From a virus: DNA of 64,000 nucleotides. Location of the stretch: IMG/VR virus record IMGVR_UViG_3300009499_000053; one strand, written 5' to 3'. The notes under the pieces were generated by a model. It had not been told where the DNA came from, made no database searches, and worked only from the letters and a program-made list of their open reading frames with translations. The translations under genes were made by a program, and so were the position numbers. Position 1 is the stretch's first letter, and every line of letters begins with the position of its first letter. Of the stretch, positions 1 through 10,113 are shown piece by piece.

Positions 1-1840
1 AGGAATGCCCAGGATCCCCTTGATTAGAGACTGTAGTGGACTCTAGTATCCAGACCCTTCCTGTGTGTCCCCATCCACCAAGGTAAGTCGTATCACCATT
101 GAACGTTCTTCTAAACCTCATCCATGCTGTTGATACTCCCGAACTCCACCACTCAGCCCTTACGTAAGTAAGTCTAACCCTGGTATAGACATCTGGGGCA
201 TCAAATCCTAGACAGTTTACAAGATCTGTATATGTGAGAGCTGTAGTGCAACCAGGACCAGAACCAGTACAGGTATGTAGAACCTCTATAGGATCTGTTG
301 TTATATCATCCCCAGTAGCATCAGGATCTACAGTTGTCCAATCACCAGAACCACCGAATCTATACTGTATCCTTGAGTATCCATCGATTCCAAACCATGT
401 ATTCCTAAATATATCCTTTACATTGGTTAGGGTAATTCTCTCTGTACCAGCACAGGCTACATCAATTGTACAATGACTAACGTAGGACTCAGAGGCAGTT
501 GAGTGTGTAGAAGCATCTAGGGCCCAGGAACCCTCAGTAGGAGCTTCATACGTCTTAAGAAGATCATACATCTGTTCAGCAGGATAAGTTACTAAGTCTC
601 CGGAGGAATCCTCTAGGGTAAATATAACCTCCAACTTTGGGAAAGAGGTTAACTCTGCTCCAGATATAATCCTAGCAGAGAATACTAACTCCTTAAAGGC
701 ATTCTTGGGAGTTAAGTCAACTGTACTTGGGAAGGTAAACTCTAGGTTAAGATCAATTGGTTGTGTCCCTAGGGAGTCATTAGCTATTGAACGAGTCCCA
801 GCTCTTACAGCAAGTGTACTTAGGAACAGAGCTCCCTGTGCAGTGGCCCAATATGTTAGTTTATCAGACCAAGGATCAGGATTATTTGCTGTTGGAACTG
901 GACTTATCTTATTCTGATGACCATAGACATCAACTGTATTTACCAGATTGTCCTCTGTGACCTCATAGTTATAGTCCCAGAAATCATCTATTCCAAAGGT
1001 ATCCTTGACTGGTGTACCTGTTCTAGGGAAGAACTGTAGACGTTTATTCTGATCAACATAGAACTCAGACTGAGTAATAAAGGCTAACTTTCCTAGACAG
1101 TCAAGTAGGGACTCTCCCACAAAGTCAACTGTTCTGGTCTTATTAGAGTTAGTTACCTGACTTAGGTTAATAGCACGTTCATTAGGATATGGGGGATCAT
1201 GAGCAGTATCTATCTCAGCTAGGACTGAGTTTATGATTGAGTTAATGTTAGTTACTGTAGCAAAGGAAGAAGTAATCTTAGTCTCTAGAAGAAGCTTACC
1301 ATAATCTAGGATTGAAAGTCTCAATTTCTGTTCAGCATTTTCCTCTTCCCAGAATCGTTCTACTGAGTCTACTTCCCCTGTAAAGACAAGCTTCTCAAGA
1401 CCAGAGTTCTCTGAACCATAGTAGATCCTAACCTCATCTCCCTCTCTAAAGTCATGAACATCAGAATTATCAAGAAGAACCTCTCCACTACCAACTTCAT
1501 CAGTTAAGGACTTAGTAAACTCCCAGTTCTCTATATCTCCCTGGTCTAGTCCCAGTGTTGCTCCATTTCTCCAGATCTCTATCCTAAAGGTCTCATGTAG
1601 TTCCTGTTTATATTTACTGCACTGATCAACTAGGCTAAGATTCTCTGATAGATTCTTACCCACCTTGAGTATCTTCTCATCCTCTAGAAATAACCATTCA
1701 GAAGTAAAGGACTTTACCCCAGGCTCCTTTTTCTGTGTATCAGATACAGTAAAAGTCTCTTCAAGCTCAAGCTTAGTTTCCTTAGATATCTCATCTGAAA
1801 CAGTTAAGGTCTCAGTCAGATTAATTGTATTATCAGCCAA
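1..1840 (-). CDS. Baseplate hub/Tal-like tail protein (partial, runs off window start; not in ORF track)
   Basis: TTG at 1840 with AGGAGG RBS upstream; manual translation MADNTINLTETLTVSD...FREGDEVRIYYG...VFTGEVDSVE...CLGKLAFITQSEFYVDQNKRLQFFPR...LVNTVDVYG stays open to the window edge; hub-like pattern, downstream of tape measure and Dit. Confidence 0.75.
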   Translation of the reverse strand, partial: MADNTINLTETLTVSDEISKETKLELEETFTVSDTQKKEPGVKSFTSEWLFLEDEKILKVGKNLSENLSLVDQCSKYKQELHETFRIEIWRNGATLGLDQGDIENWEFTKSLTDEVGSGEVLLDNSDVHDFREGDEVRIYYGSENSGLEKLVFTGEVDSVERFWEEENAEQKLRLSILDYGKLLLETKITSSFATVTNINSIINSVLAEIDTAHDPPYPNERAINLSQVTNSNKTRTVDFVGESLLDCLGKLAFITQSEFYVDQNKRLQFFPRTGTPVKDTFGIDDFWDYNYEVTEDNLVNTVDVYGHQNKISPVPTANNPDPWSDKLTYWATAQGALFLSTLAVRAGTRSIANDSLGTQPIDLNLEFTFPSTVDLTPKNAFKELVFSARIISGAELTSFPKLEVIFTLEDSSGDLVTYPAEQMYDLLKTYEAPTEGSWALDASTHSTASESYVSHCTIDVACAGTERITLTNVKDIFRNTWFGIDGYSRIQYRFGGSGDWTTVDPDATGDDITTDPIEVLHTCTGSGPGCTTALTYTDLVNCLGFDAPDVYTRVRLTYVRAEWWSSGVSTAWMRFRRTFNGDTTYLGGWGHTGRVWILESTTVSNQGDPGHS

Positions 1841-1854
1841 GGTGCGACTCCCTC

Positions 1855-2337
1855 CTAATGTCTAACAAGGGATACCCTTCGTAGAGTTAATTGATAGTCA
1901 AACCAGTTTGTCTTAGCTTCTTTCTGAGTAAACTTAGCAGACTCAAAGATTAGATAGACAGTCTCATTGTCCTTAGCCTTAGCTTCTGCAGTCCAATATC
2001 TATAGGAAGCTGCACTAGAGTCAGACGTCTGTTCTGAGTGTGGGGTTAACATATCAGAATTCTGAAGAAGAAACAGTGAGTCTCTCTTAACGTACCATTC
2101 TAATTCTCTTCTTTTTTCCTGTCTACAGGATCCAGAGATCTTAAACTGTATCTTCTCGTTATGTCTGAATCTACCCCTCTCTTCTTTTCTCTTGTAACCA
2201 GGTCTTCTAACACGCCATTTCACGCTAACATCCTTGTTAACAGAAGCAGGTGTAGGTTCAAAGATAAAAGTGTTACCTGATAGAACATAGCCTGTGCTTA
2301 CTCCAGACCAATACTCAACGAGTTGTAAAACAGCCAT
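1855..2337 (-). CDS. Distal tail (Dit)-like protein
   Basis: 160 aa, immediately after tape measure; assigned by synteny. Confidence 0.55.
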   Translation of the reverse strand: MAVLQLVEYWSGVSTGYVLSGNTFIFEPTPASVNKDVSVKWRVRRPGYKRKEERGRFRHNEKIQFKISGSCRQEKRRELEWYVKRDSLFLLQNSDMLTPHSEQTSDSSAASYRYWTAEAKAKDNETVYLIFESAKFTQKEAKTNWFDYQLTLRRVSLVRH

Positions 2338-2349
2338 TTCTCCTCACTC

Positions 2350-4635
2350 CTAATATTCTGATCTCCTATACTTTTTAGCCATTCTCTCTGATATCTGGGA
2401 TACGGAGGCTTCTACCGCTCTCTCTATAATTTCTTCTATACTTGATACCCCTGAGACATCCACTGTTACAGTTAATGGAGGTTCCTTAGGGATGTACCTA
2501 CCTCTTCCTCCTTTTCCTAATGCAGCAGTTGTAGCTGCAGGAAGTACAGTTTCCTCAGCATGTACCATAGCAAGTCCTGGAGCTGTGATTAAACCTCCCT
2601 CACCTAATGAAGGTATCTTAGTAATAGCAGCCATTACAGCTCCCTCTCCGCCGAATGCCCTAATTATTCCTAGAGGAACTACCATGGCCATCAGAGCTGC
2701 AGTTAGAGCGAAGATACCAGCTGCAAAGGTAAGTAGTCCTGTCATACCTAAGAATCCTGCAGCACCTGCAGCAGATAATGCTAGGGCTAGTATTCCTATG
2801 GCTCCTGATAGAGCAAGGACTACTGGAAGTGTAGCTATAACTGAAGCTAAGTTTCCTCCAAGTTGTAGTATAGCATCAGAGGCCATCTTAGCACCTATAC
2901 CAGCTAGTAGGAATCCTGTACCTACCATAAGAGCAGCAGCCCCTATCCCTAGTAACAGGGCCACTACCGGCATAGCCATAGCAGCTGTCACAGAAAGAGA
3001 AGCTAGGACGAAGACAGCAACTACCAAGGCAGCAACTAGTGCAATTACTCCTGCAGTTAGTCCAGCTAGAAGTGTATTTATCTCATCAACCCTAAATCCA
3101 GTTCTAGAAGCAACCTCTAGGAAATGTGTGAATGCAAAGATAAGACCTATCATTACTCCAGCTAATGTTACCACGTAGGCTATTGCCTGTAGATTAACAC
3201 TGTTTAGACCAGCTAGGAATCTAGTAGCCCCAGCAATTACAACCATTAGAAGGCTTACACTTCCTGCTAATGCTACTAAGATTCCAGCAATTCCACCAGC
3301 AGTAAATCCAGTCTCAGAAGCTATCTTAAGGAACCAACCGAAGGCTCCTATTAGGGATAGGACAACAGGAATCATAGCAAGGAAGGCAGCAAAGACCTGC
3401 CAACTCATACTCTTTAATCCATCTAGAACCTTAACTACAACCACAATAATAGCCAATATTGCTCCAAGGTTAGCTACTAAGAGGGCAATTATTGCACCAA
3501 CCTCTGTAATCGTGTAACCAGAGGCAGCAGCTACTCCAATAAAATCCTTAAGTGCAAAGATAACAGGAACCAATGCTACAAGTAGAGCACTAACAGCAAG
3601 AATTGTTTTCCACATTCCTCCGCTTGATTTATCCTGGACAGAGGTCATTCCCTCTGTTACTTTACTTACTCCTTTAATTCTAGAGGAGATACTCCCTAGA
3701 ACTCCACCGAATGCCTTTATTCCAGTTACTAGGAGGGGAAGCATAGCAAGTGCAACTAGTAGGGCTACTACTAATTCCTTGTTATTTCTAATGAACTCAG
3801 CAATCCACTCTATTACTCCAGTCTCCTCTAGAGCATCGAAGACTGACTCAAAGGCATCTCCTAACGCTTCAAAAATGGGGGATAGAGCTTCAAAAAGGGG
3901 ACCTATGGCATACATCAGAAGGCCAAATACAGCGAATGCAGCTACTAGTTTGACTACTCCACCAATAGCACCAAAGAGAGACTTCTTCTGTTTCTTGGCT
4001 ACCCCAGCATCCTTCTTCTTAGCTTGGGTTGCACCGCCCCTAGCAGAGGATTCTAGTGTCATTTGTTTTGTTAGTTGTTTAGAGAGCACAAGTTCCTGGG
4101 TATCCCTAGCGATCTTATCTCTCTGTTCTTTACCGTAACCTAACATTACATTAATCAGGAGTTTGAATGTCTCTACGAGACCAAGTCCAGAAGTCTTAGC
4201 AGAGAGTACAGATCCAACCAATAGTCTCATGAAACCTGCAATCATCATAGTCTTAGCAGCTAAAAGTACAAAGATTCCAGCAATGAACATGGCTCCCATG
4301 GCTAGACCTATAAATGGTATATTCTCAATAGTCTCAGCTAACCACTCAAGAGCATCAACTACCATGTCAAGGAAACCACTAGACTCTAGAACATCTTCTA
4401 GGGAGTACAAAACATCCTGCATAGCATCTTGGAAGATATCAGATGCCTTAAAAACAGCTGTTGCGAATGACATCATCCAAGTACCAGCAGCCTTTAGGGA
4501 ACCTGACATACGCATTAAGTCTCGCCCACCAAGACGCAGGTTGTATCCTAGCTTAGTGATGGCCTTGTCAACAGGATTCAACTTCTTGATTCCTTTGACG
4601 TCAAGGAAGACTAATACTTCCTCCGCTATGGGCAC
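2350..4635 (-). CDS. Tape measure protein
   Basis: 761 aa, Ala/Leu/Gly-rich helical with many hydrophobic segments; C-terminal IPSLGEGGLITAPGLAMVHAEETVLP motif; follows tail chaperone. Confidence 0.85.
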   Translation of the reverse strand: MPIAEEVLVFLDVKGIKKLNPVDKAITKLGYNLRLGGRDLMRMSGSLKAAGTWMMSFATAVFKASDIFQDAMQDVLYSLEDVLESSGFLDMVVDALEWLAETIENIPFIGLAMGAMFIAGIFVLLAAKTMMIAGFMRLLVGSVLSAKTSGLGLVETFKLLINVMLGYGKEQRDKIARDTQELVLSKQLTKQMTLESSARGGATQAKKKDAGVAKKQKKSLFGAIGGVVKLVAAFAVFGLLMYAIGPLFEALSPIFEALGDAFESVFDALEETGVIEWIAEFIRNNKELVVALLVALAMLPLLVTGIKAFGGVLGSISSRIKGVSKVTEGMTSVQDKSSGGMWKTILAVSALLVALVPVIFALKDFIGVAAASGYTITEVGAIIALLVANLGAILAIIVVVVKVLDGLKSMSWQVFAAFLAMIPVVLSLIGAFGWFLKIASETGFTAGGIAGILVALAGSVSLLMVVIAGATRFLAGLNSVNLQAIAYVVTLAGVMIGLIFAFTHFLEVASRTGFRVDEINTLLAGLTAGVIALVAALVVAVFVLASLSVTAAMAMPVVALLLGIGAAALMVGTGFLLAGIGAKMASDAILQLGGNLASVIATLPVVLALSGAIGILALALSAAGAAGFLGMTGLLTFAAGIFALTAALMAMVVPLGIIRAFGGEGAVMAAITKIPSLGEGGLITAPGLAMVHAEETVLPAATTAALGKGGRGRYIPKEPPLTVTVDVSGVSSIEEIIERAVEASVSQISERMAKKYRRSEY

Positions 4636-4641
4636 TTCTTC

Positions 4642-4809
4642 TTACCTCCTTCTTTTTGCAGCTCTTCTTTCTTTCTTCTTTTGTTTCTTTAGTTCTTCAA
4701 CTATCCAATTATATTGACGGATAGAAAGCTTGGTAACATCTTCCAGCGTCCAGTGCATATGGTACATTACCTGGAAGGTAGTGCTTAAGCTTTTGTTGCC
4801 AATAAATTT
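4642..4809 (-). CDS. -1 frameshift extension of tail assembly chaperone (gpGT-like)
   Basis: A_AAT_TTA slippery heptamer (4809-4803) in the frame of 4785..5129; -1 frame open for 55 codons to TAA at 4644-4642, just before the tape measure start. Confidence 0.8.
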   Translation of the reverse strand, partial: KFIGNKSLSTTFQVMYHMHWTLEDVTKLSIRQYNWIVEELKKQKKKERRAAKRRR

Positions 4810-5129
4810 CGGATCTCGTCTACACTGTCCTTATCTAGTTCACTGAACTTCGCTATATGACCGGCTATCTCCATGATAACTTTCATAGGGAGTTTTCTAG
4901 TTTGATCAATGTTGAGTTTGGGTCTCACAAGACCTTTCAAAACAAGAAAGATGAATTGTTGAATATCATCATCTTTTGCAGCCTTAGTAACATCTGCTAG
5001 TTCCCCTATGTTGATCTTCTTTATAGTGACTTTCTTCTTCAGGGTCTTAAGAAAAACTTCCTTTTTCCCTGTAGCAGGAGCCAAAAGATCAGCTGCCTGT
5101 GCGAATTCAGTATTATCTGTTTTAGTCAA
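4785..5129 (-). CDS. Tail assembly chaperone (gpG-like)
   Basis: 114 aa between tail tube and tape measure, with a slippery site near its end. Confidence 0.8.
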   Translation of the reverse strand: MTKTDNTEFAQAADLLAPATGKKEVFLKTLKKKVTIKKINIGELADVTKAAKDDDIQQFIFLVLKGLVRPKLNIDQTRKLPMKVIMEIAGHIAKFSELDKDSVDEIRNLLATKA

Positions 5130-5227
5130 TCGCTTTACCTCCTCTTACTTGAAGACTTTCGAATACCTTACTTGGTTCTTTATTATTGGTTCAAGGTTTA
5201 CTTACCTTAGATCCACAACTGGAAAGC

Positions 5228-5656
5228 TTAGACACTTAACGAAGTGGCTATGCTTATAGCTCTGAAATCATAGTCCTCTGTTAGGAAACCATCTTGTGGA
5301 ACATCTACACTACCAGTTTCGAACTTGCAGCTGTAGACATAGACCCAGGGGCCTGTTTTCGTAGTAGTGGCTCCAACTTTGAAGACAAGATCGAACGCAG
5401 TTAGTGCATTTCCGCCTGCACCCATTAGCGCAAGATAATCGACATTTACCCAAGCTCTGGATAATGTTCCAGTAATCTCTTCATTACCCTCGACAAGTGT
5501 CGCTGGCTGTCTAGAACCGATACCATAGTATGGTTCCACTCCAGTGGCTATCTCAAGAGTAACTGACTCAGCTTGGCCAACTTCTTGCCATGCAGCAGCT
5601 CCAACCCTTATGTAGATCTTGGCATTCCAACCTTTGAATACCCTAGTTTCTGGCAA
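5228..5656 (-). CDS. Tail tube protein
   Basis: 142 aa beta-rich; EPYYGIGSRQPATLVEGNEEITGTL and LTEDYDFRA are typical of tube proteins. Confidence 0.8.
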   Translation of the reverse strand: MPETRVFKGWNAKIYIRVGAAAWQEVGQAESVTLEIATGVEPYYGIGSRQPATLVEGNEEITGTLSRAWVNVDYLALMGAGGNALTAFDLVFKVGATTTKTGPWVYVYSCKFETGSVDVPQDGFLTEDYDFRAISIATSLSV

Positions 5657-5706
5657 TTTCTTTTCACCTACCTATTTATTGTTCTTGTTACTTTTAACCT
5701 TTGCTC

Positions 5707-6198
5707 CTAATATATTCTGAGATGGGTTACCCTTATCCTCACAGTCTTCTGAAATACCTCATGTTCCTCATCATAGGGGTGTGGCATCTCTCCTGTTTTC
5801 TCTACATCTATAATGTCCTCATTAGACTGTGACAATGATGCTCTCTTCGAGAGTACTATATCTACTACCTTATCAGCTAGGTAATCTCTCAGGGCAGTTC
5901 CTCCACGTCTAGGAGATAGTCCTGTTGTCTTATTCTTTCTGTGAACCCATATATCAATATCAAAATCTGTTTCCTCGTAGACTGCCATTGTTCCTCCAGT
6001 ATGACCCATATAACCCCCCACAGCAGCAGGACGTTGAGGGGAACTAGTCTGAGTAATAGAGATTCTGGGCATCGAAGCATCTATTCTTGGGTAGTCTATG
6101 TAGATCCATACAGCAGGAGCACCTATAGCAGTTCGTATAGAACTTAGTTCTTCTCTGAATAGTGTAACTAGGACTCTCTCTAATGCCTCTATTTTCAT
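5707..6198 (-). CDS. Tail terminator/completion protein
   Basis: Synteny; YPRIDASMPRISI and FDIDIWV pattern. Confidence 0.6.
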   Translation of the reverse strand: MKIEALERVLVTLFREELSSIRTAIGAPAVWIYIDYPRIDASMPRISITQTSSPQRPAAVGGYMGHTGGTMAVYEETDFDIDIWVHRKNKTTGLSPRRGGTALRDYLADKVVDIVLSKRASLSQSNEDIIDVEKTGEMPHPYDEEHEVFQKTVRIRVTHLRIY

Positions 6199-6764
6199 TA
6201 AACCTTCACCTTCTTGGTAACTTTCTTTTGCTCATCAAGAGCCTTCGCTAATTGCTGAGGAAACTCCCACTCCATAGCCTCAAAGGTTCTCTTGATCCAG
6301 GGGTTAAAGGTAATCTGTTTTCTTTGTACAACCTTCTTAACAGCAATCTTAGTCTGTCCTGGTTTAGGAACCCTAGCTCCCTGAATTACAGGAAGACCCA
6401 TAGCATGTTTACGGGTAGGTTTTCTCTCGAATGGTAGTCTCTTCCAACCTTCATGAAGTGTCTTAATAATTACCCAAGTTCTCCAGGCCCTAGATCGTCT
6501 AGAGTACTTCCCAGGAACATCAATCTCTGAATAGGAGTAGGGAGGCTTTCTCTTTACCACTAGTTTAATGTGACTCTTAACAAAACCAACAGGAAATCTC
6601 TTAGAGGGATTCTTACTTATTGGAGCCCCAGACTGGACATAACGAAAGACCCTCTCATTCCATCTGGAGTAGGCTTTGTAAACTGAACCAACGGTTCCTC
6701 TCTTAAGTCCCTGGGCATACTGTGTTCGTATCATCTTAAACTTAGCAAAAGGTTCCCTAGGCAT
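6198..6764 (-). CDS. Basic neck/tail-completion protein (HK97 gp10-like position)
   Basis: 188 aa Lys/Arg-rich with LHEG..NPWIKRTFE; between head closure and terminator. Confidence 0.5.
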   Translation of the reverse strand: MPREPFAKFKMIRTQYAQGLKRGTVGSVYKAYSRWNERVFRYVQSGAPISKNPSKRFPVGFVKSHIKLVVKRKPPYSYSEIDVPGKYSRRSRAWRTWVIIKTLHEGWKRLPFERKPTRKHAMGLPVIQGARVPKPGQTKIAVKKVVQRKQITFNPWIKRTFEAMEWEFPQQLAKALDEQKKVTKKVKV

Positions 6765-7156
6765 TATTGACCCACCTGTCTTCTTAGGAGAGCTCTTCTT
6801 ATTACTGACTCCCCACTCATGTATTGATCAATTATCCTAACAACAAGGTACTTAATAGAGTTGAAGGTGATGTAGTCATTCACACCTACTGTGTAAGACT
6901 CTGAGTCTATGGTATAGGATGGTAAGAAATAACCCCATGCATCACCATCTTGTACCTCCCCAGCAGGAAGGTATGTCATCTCCTCTAGGGTAATGCTTTG
7001 AATCTCTGCTAAAATTGTGTAAGTTTCCTCGGACTCTTCAGTCTGACCAAATGGATCTTCTGCTATAAGTTCAGTCTCAGTAACCTTATGAAGGGTGACT
7101 TCTGTCCCTAATGAAGTTAGAATCTTCTTTAGTTTCCAATCTGGTGGTCTCTTCAA
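6764..7156 (-). CDS. Head closure (stopper) protein
   Basis: 130 aa; DPFG motif and D.ITFNSIKYLVVRI; synteny. Confidence 0.65.
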   Translation of the reverse strand: MKRPPDWKLKKILTSLGTEVTLHKVTETELIAEDPFGQTEESEETYTILAEIQSITLEEMTYLPAGEVQDGDAWGYFLPSYTIDSESYTVGVNDYITFNSIKYLVVRIIDQYMSGESVIRRALLRRQVGQ

Positions 7157-7195
7157 GGTTACTTACCTTCTTATTCCCTTACTTGGGTATGTAGC

Positions 7196-7933
7196 TTATC
7201 TACTACGTTTATTGGTCTCAATCTCCGGATCAGCTCTATAGACGCGTCCTCTCTGTCTAAGTTCCTTAGCAGCAGAGCTATCTACCTCAGGGCCTTCTGG
7301 ACCTCTTGGTCTGAAGACGAGCTTTCTATATGTTACCTTGTCCATTGGAAGAGCAATTAACTTATCAACAAGTCTACGGACTTCTATCTCAAACAACTTC
7401 CAGGGTTGTTTCTGAGTAATCCTCTTGTTACCAAATGTATAGCTTTCTGGAACAAGGTACTCTTCCCTCTTAACCCATAACTCAGCAGCCTTCCATGCTG
7501 TGGCTAGGGAGAGAAGCTCCCAGTCAATTCTCTTGGTAAAGTATGAGTAGTCAACTGTAATCCTTCCATAATCATCTTGGGAGGGAGCAGCTGTTAGAAC
7601 TATCTTTCCCCTTAGGGGATCAAAGGTACTTATTGTTAACTCTGCCCTCTTGAATGGATCATACGGGAAGTTCTTTACCCATCCATATACTGAAATATCA
7701 GCTGTAGTTATGAGGGTGTCCCCGGAGATGTCAGCATAGTAGTTATAGTAGGTTGAAAAGGTGTTATTCGTTCCATTGATATTTCCACTTGTTCCACCAT
7801 CCACTATAGAAACTTGGATGTATTTTCTAAGGTAAGACATAGCATAGCCTATGAACTCCTCTAGAACATTGTCAGTTGCAGTATCGATATCTAACCCAAG
7901 AAGGTCTCGAACGTTTTGAGCATTAGTCCACAT
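7196..7933 (-). CDS. Head-tail adaptor with inserted beta domain
   Basis: N-terminal WTNAQNVRDLLG...LEEFIGYAMSYL helix typical of adaptors; directly after MCP. Confidence 0.65.
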   Translation of the reverse strand: MWTNAQNVRDLLGLDIDTATDNVLEEFIGYAMSYLRKYIQVSIVDGGTSGNINGTNNTFSTYYNYYADISGDTLITTADISVYGWVKNFPYDPFKRAELTISTFDPLRGKIVLTAAPSQDDYGRITVDYSYFTKRIDWELLSLATAWKAAELWVKREEYLVPESYTFGNKRITQKQPWKLFEIEVRRLVDKLIALPMDKVTYRKLVFRPRGPEGPEVDSSAAKELRQRGRVYRADPEIETNKRSR

Positions 7934-7964
7934 TTTTGTACCCTACTATAGTAATAGTTCTCGA

Positions 7965-7980
7965 TTTATTTAAGCTCTTC
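7965..7980 (-). promoter_or_regulatory. BRE/TATA promoter (GAAGAG-CTTAAATA) for neck/tail genes
   Basis: Reverse complement GAAGAGCTTAAATAAA about 35 nt upstream of the 7933 start. Confidence 0.55.
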
Positions 7981-8072
7981 GCTAGGGTCTAATAATATAC
8001 AGAAAAATATGTTAGTGGAACTCGACACATAGGACGAGCCCCAAAGATCTTTTACGTCCTTAGGACGGAAGC

Positions 8073-9110
8073 TTACGTAACGGTGATATTTCCACCGCCA
8101 ACCAGCAAACAGACAGCATCCTCATCAGTTACTTGAGCGCCATACTCCATATAGAAGTACAGTTCGATAGAATCAGTAGATGGATTATCCCATCTCTTAA
8201 GGTCCACATGTCTCTTGATAGCAAGCTTAGCTGATCTCTTGGAAGAGATTATCATAGCATTGCCTGTAGTCATATTTGTAGACACAAGTACCCTTATGTT
8301 GGATATTTGTCCGATTTCTCCCCTTAATAGAGGTTCCCTAGCACCGTACTTGGAAGCGTCAATAAATTGACTATTCTTTAGTAACATGTGCATTTGGTCA
8401 GGATGTACTAGCATGAAGTCAGGTTCCCACTTTTTGCCTCTAATTACATTGGCAGTATTGATTATGTCAACATATGCGAATGTACCTTCTGTGGCAGCAT
8501 CAACATAGTTGGTTCTGTCGGACCAATAGTATGAGACAGTGAAAGCGTTAGCTGTATCTCCAGCCACAACTACACCATTGTAATAGTCCACTGTAAGTGT
8601 TTGTCCGCCTGTAGTCAATTCCAAGTAAGTTACTGGGGAGTGACCAAGACTTGTTGTTCCACCATCTACGGCGGAGACAGCTTCAATGGTTATTGTGCTT
8701 TCCTCTCCGATTAAGCAGTCCAATATTACATTGTCCTCTTTATCGGCAAGTGCAATTCCAGCTTCTTTGATAGTATCTCGGATCAAATCCAAGTTGCTAC
8801 CATCGATAGCCTCTTGCGTAATCTTAGCACAAACTGCATATTTGCTAACAGTTAAAGTGTATGGCGAGTATGTGATCGTATTTCCACCAGGAGTGGCACC
8901 CTCTTGTACTGCCGCAGCAGTAAGAGTTCCACGTCTGTAGAATACAATGCTTCGACCTTTAGTTCTAACAAGGTCTTCATTTATTGAGACCAAGCTTCGA
9001 CCAAAACGTCTAGCTCTAGCAGCTTCCTCGACTTCCGTTAATATCACCTGAGTTAACAGGGATGGAAGGTCGGTAGAGCTCCAATTTGCAAGCTCTTCTA
9101 GACTTTTCAT
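8073..9110 (-). CDS. Major capsid protein, HK97 fold
   Basis: 345 aa; AAAVQEGA, LTVSKYAVCAKITQEAID, ALADKEDNVIL, FMLVHPDQ and GEIGQISNIRVLVS patterns. Confidence 0.9.
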   Translation of the reverse strand: MKSLEELANWSSTDLPSLLTQVILTEVEEAARARRFGRSLVSINEDLVRTKGRSIVFYRRGTLTAAAVQEGATPGGNTITYSPYTLTVSKYAVCAKITQEAIDGSNLDLIRDTIKEAGIALADKEDNVILDCLIGEESTITIEAVSAVDGGTTSLGHSPVTYLELTTGGQTLTVDYYNGVVVAGDTANAFTVSYYWSDRTNYVDAATEGTFAYVDIINTANVIRGKKWEPDFMLVHPDQMHMLLKNSQFIDASKYGAREPLLRGEIGQISNIRVLVSTNMTTGNAMIISSKRSAKLAIKRHVDLKRWDNPSTDSIELYFYMEYGAQVTDEDAVCLLVGGGNITVT

Positions 9111-9184
9111 GGTTATCTTATTCTCCTTTTGAGTTTCTAATATAAAAATAGGTTTGGTTACTATTAAGCATTGCCCCTTGGAGA

Positions 9185-9577
9185 CTAGTCTTCGTAGACC
9201 TTTATCTGCCCTTTGGCAGAGACCTTAGAAGATTCTTTGCCTGTAGGAAGCATTCTATGCTTAAGAGCGAAACGAGCAAGTTCTCCAAAAGAGAAGTTAT
9301 TCTTGAGGTCCTTAATTGTCGTATTAGTCCTTTGGGCCCTTTCTTGAGTAACCTCTGTATGAGCTACCTTTTCTCTTGCCTTCTGAACGAGTAGTCTTGC
9401 AAGTCTATCCTTTGGAAGTGGACCCCACTCAGGATGTTCCTTCTTAGGTTGACGTCCTCGGTTATCTTGGAGTTTCTGTATGATCTGATCTCGTTCATCA
9501 ATCTTATTCTCTAAGTTTTCTACTTTGCTAACTAGTTTCTTAAGTAGCTCTTTCTCTTCTGAATCCAATTTACTCAC
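9185..9577 (-). CDS. Coiled-coil protein, possible scaffold
   Basis: 130 aa with N-terminal coiled coil, directly upstream of MCP. Confidence 0.45.
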   Translation of the reverse strand: MSKLDSEEKELLKKLVSKVENLENKIDERDQIIQKLQDNRGRQPKKEHPEWGPLPKDRLARLLVQKAREKVAHTEVTQERAQRTNTTIKDLKNNFSFGELARFALKHRMLPTGKESSKVSAKGQIKVYED

Positions 9578-10087
9578 TTACTTCGTTTTCTTTTCTTCAA
9601 ACAGTTTAGCCAGGAACTGATTCTTATCCTTTTCAGGTAGTTCCTTAAACCCTGCTGTGACCTCGTCAACAGTCAAAGGCTTATCCACAGGTTTTTCAAC
9701 CGGCTTCTCAACTGGTTTCTCTTCTGCAGGCTTAACTGGCTTTTCAACAGCTGGCTTCTCGACAGGTTTCTCAACCGGTTTCTCTTCAGCTGGTTTCTCT
9801 ACTGGCTTAACTGCAGGTGTCTCTGTGGGCTTCTCTACTGGTTTCTCTTGAGGCTTCTCAATAGGTTTCTCAACTGGAGTTTCCTCCGGCTTTTCCTCAG
9901 AAGCAACCTCTTGATCTTCCTTCTTAGGTACCCTTGCAGGTATAGTAACATGCTCATGCACATACTTACCTAAAACAGGAACTTCCATTTCTGGTTCCTC
10001 AACAGTAGCAGAAGACTCAACCACTACCTCTATAGGCTTTTCTGTGGGTTTCTCTACTGGCTTTTCAACTGGTTTCTCTTCCACCAT
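9578..10087 (-). CDS. Low-complexity EKPV-repeat protein (scaffold-like)
   Basis: 169 aa with many (V/A)EKP repeats; GGAGG RBS; between protease and MCP. Confidence 0.6.
   Translation of the reverse strand: MVEEKPVEKPVEKPTEKPIEVVVESSATVEEPEMEVPVLGKYVHEHVTIPARVPKKEDQEVASEEKPEETPVEKPIEKPQEKPVEKPTETPAVKPVEKPAEEKPVEKPVEKPAVEKPVKPAEEKPVEKPVEKPVDKPLTVDEVTAGFKELPEKDKNQFLAKLFEEKKTK
9674..10080. repeat. Imperfect 12-nt coding repeats encoding EKPV units
   Basis: Repeated ggtttctc/ggcttctc-a-ac units with synonymous variation. Confidence 0.7.
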
Positions 10088-10113
10088 TCCAAATTCCTCC
10101 TTTGTAGTTAATT

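Noticed and set aside
9674-10080. Tandem repeats as CRISPR or VNTR element
   Set aside because: In-frame 12-nt units encoding EKPV, with no unique spacers
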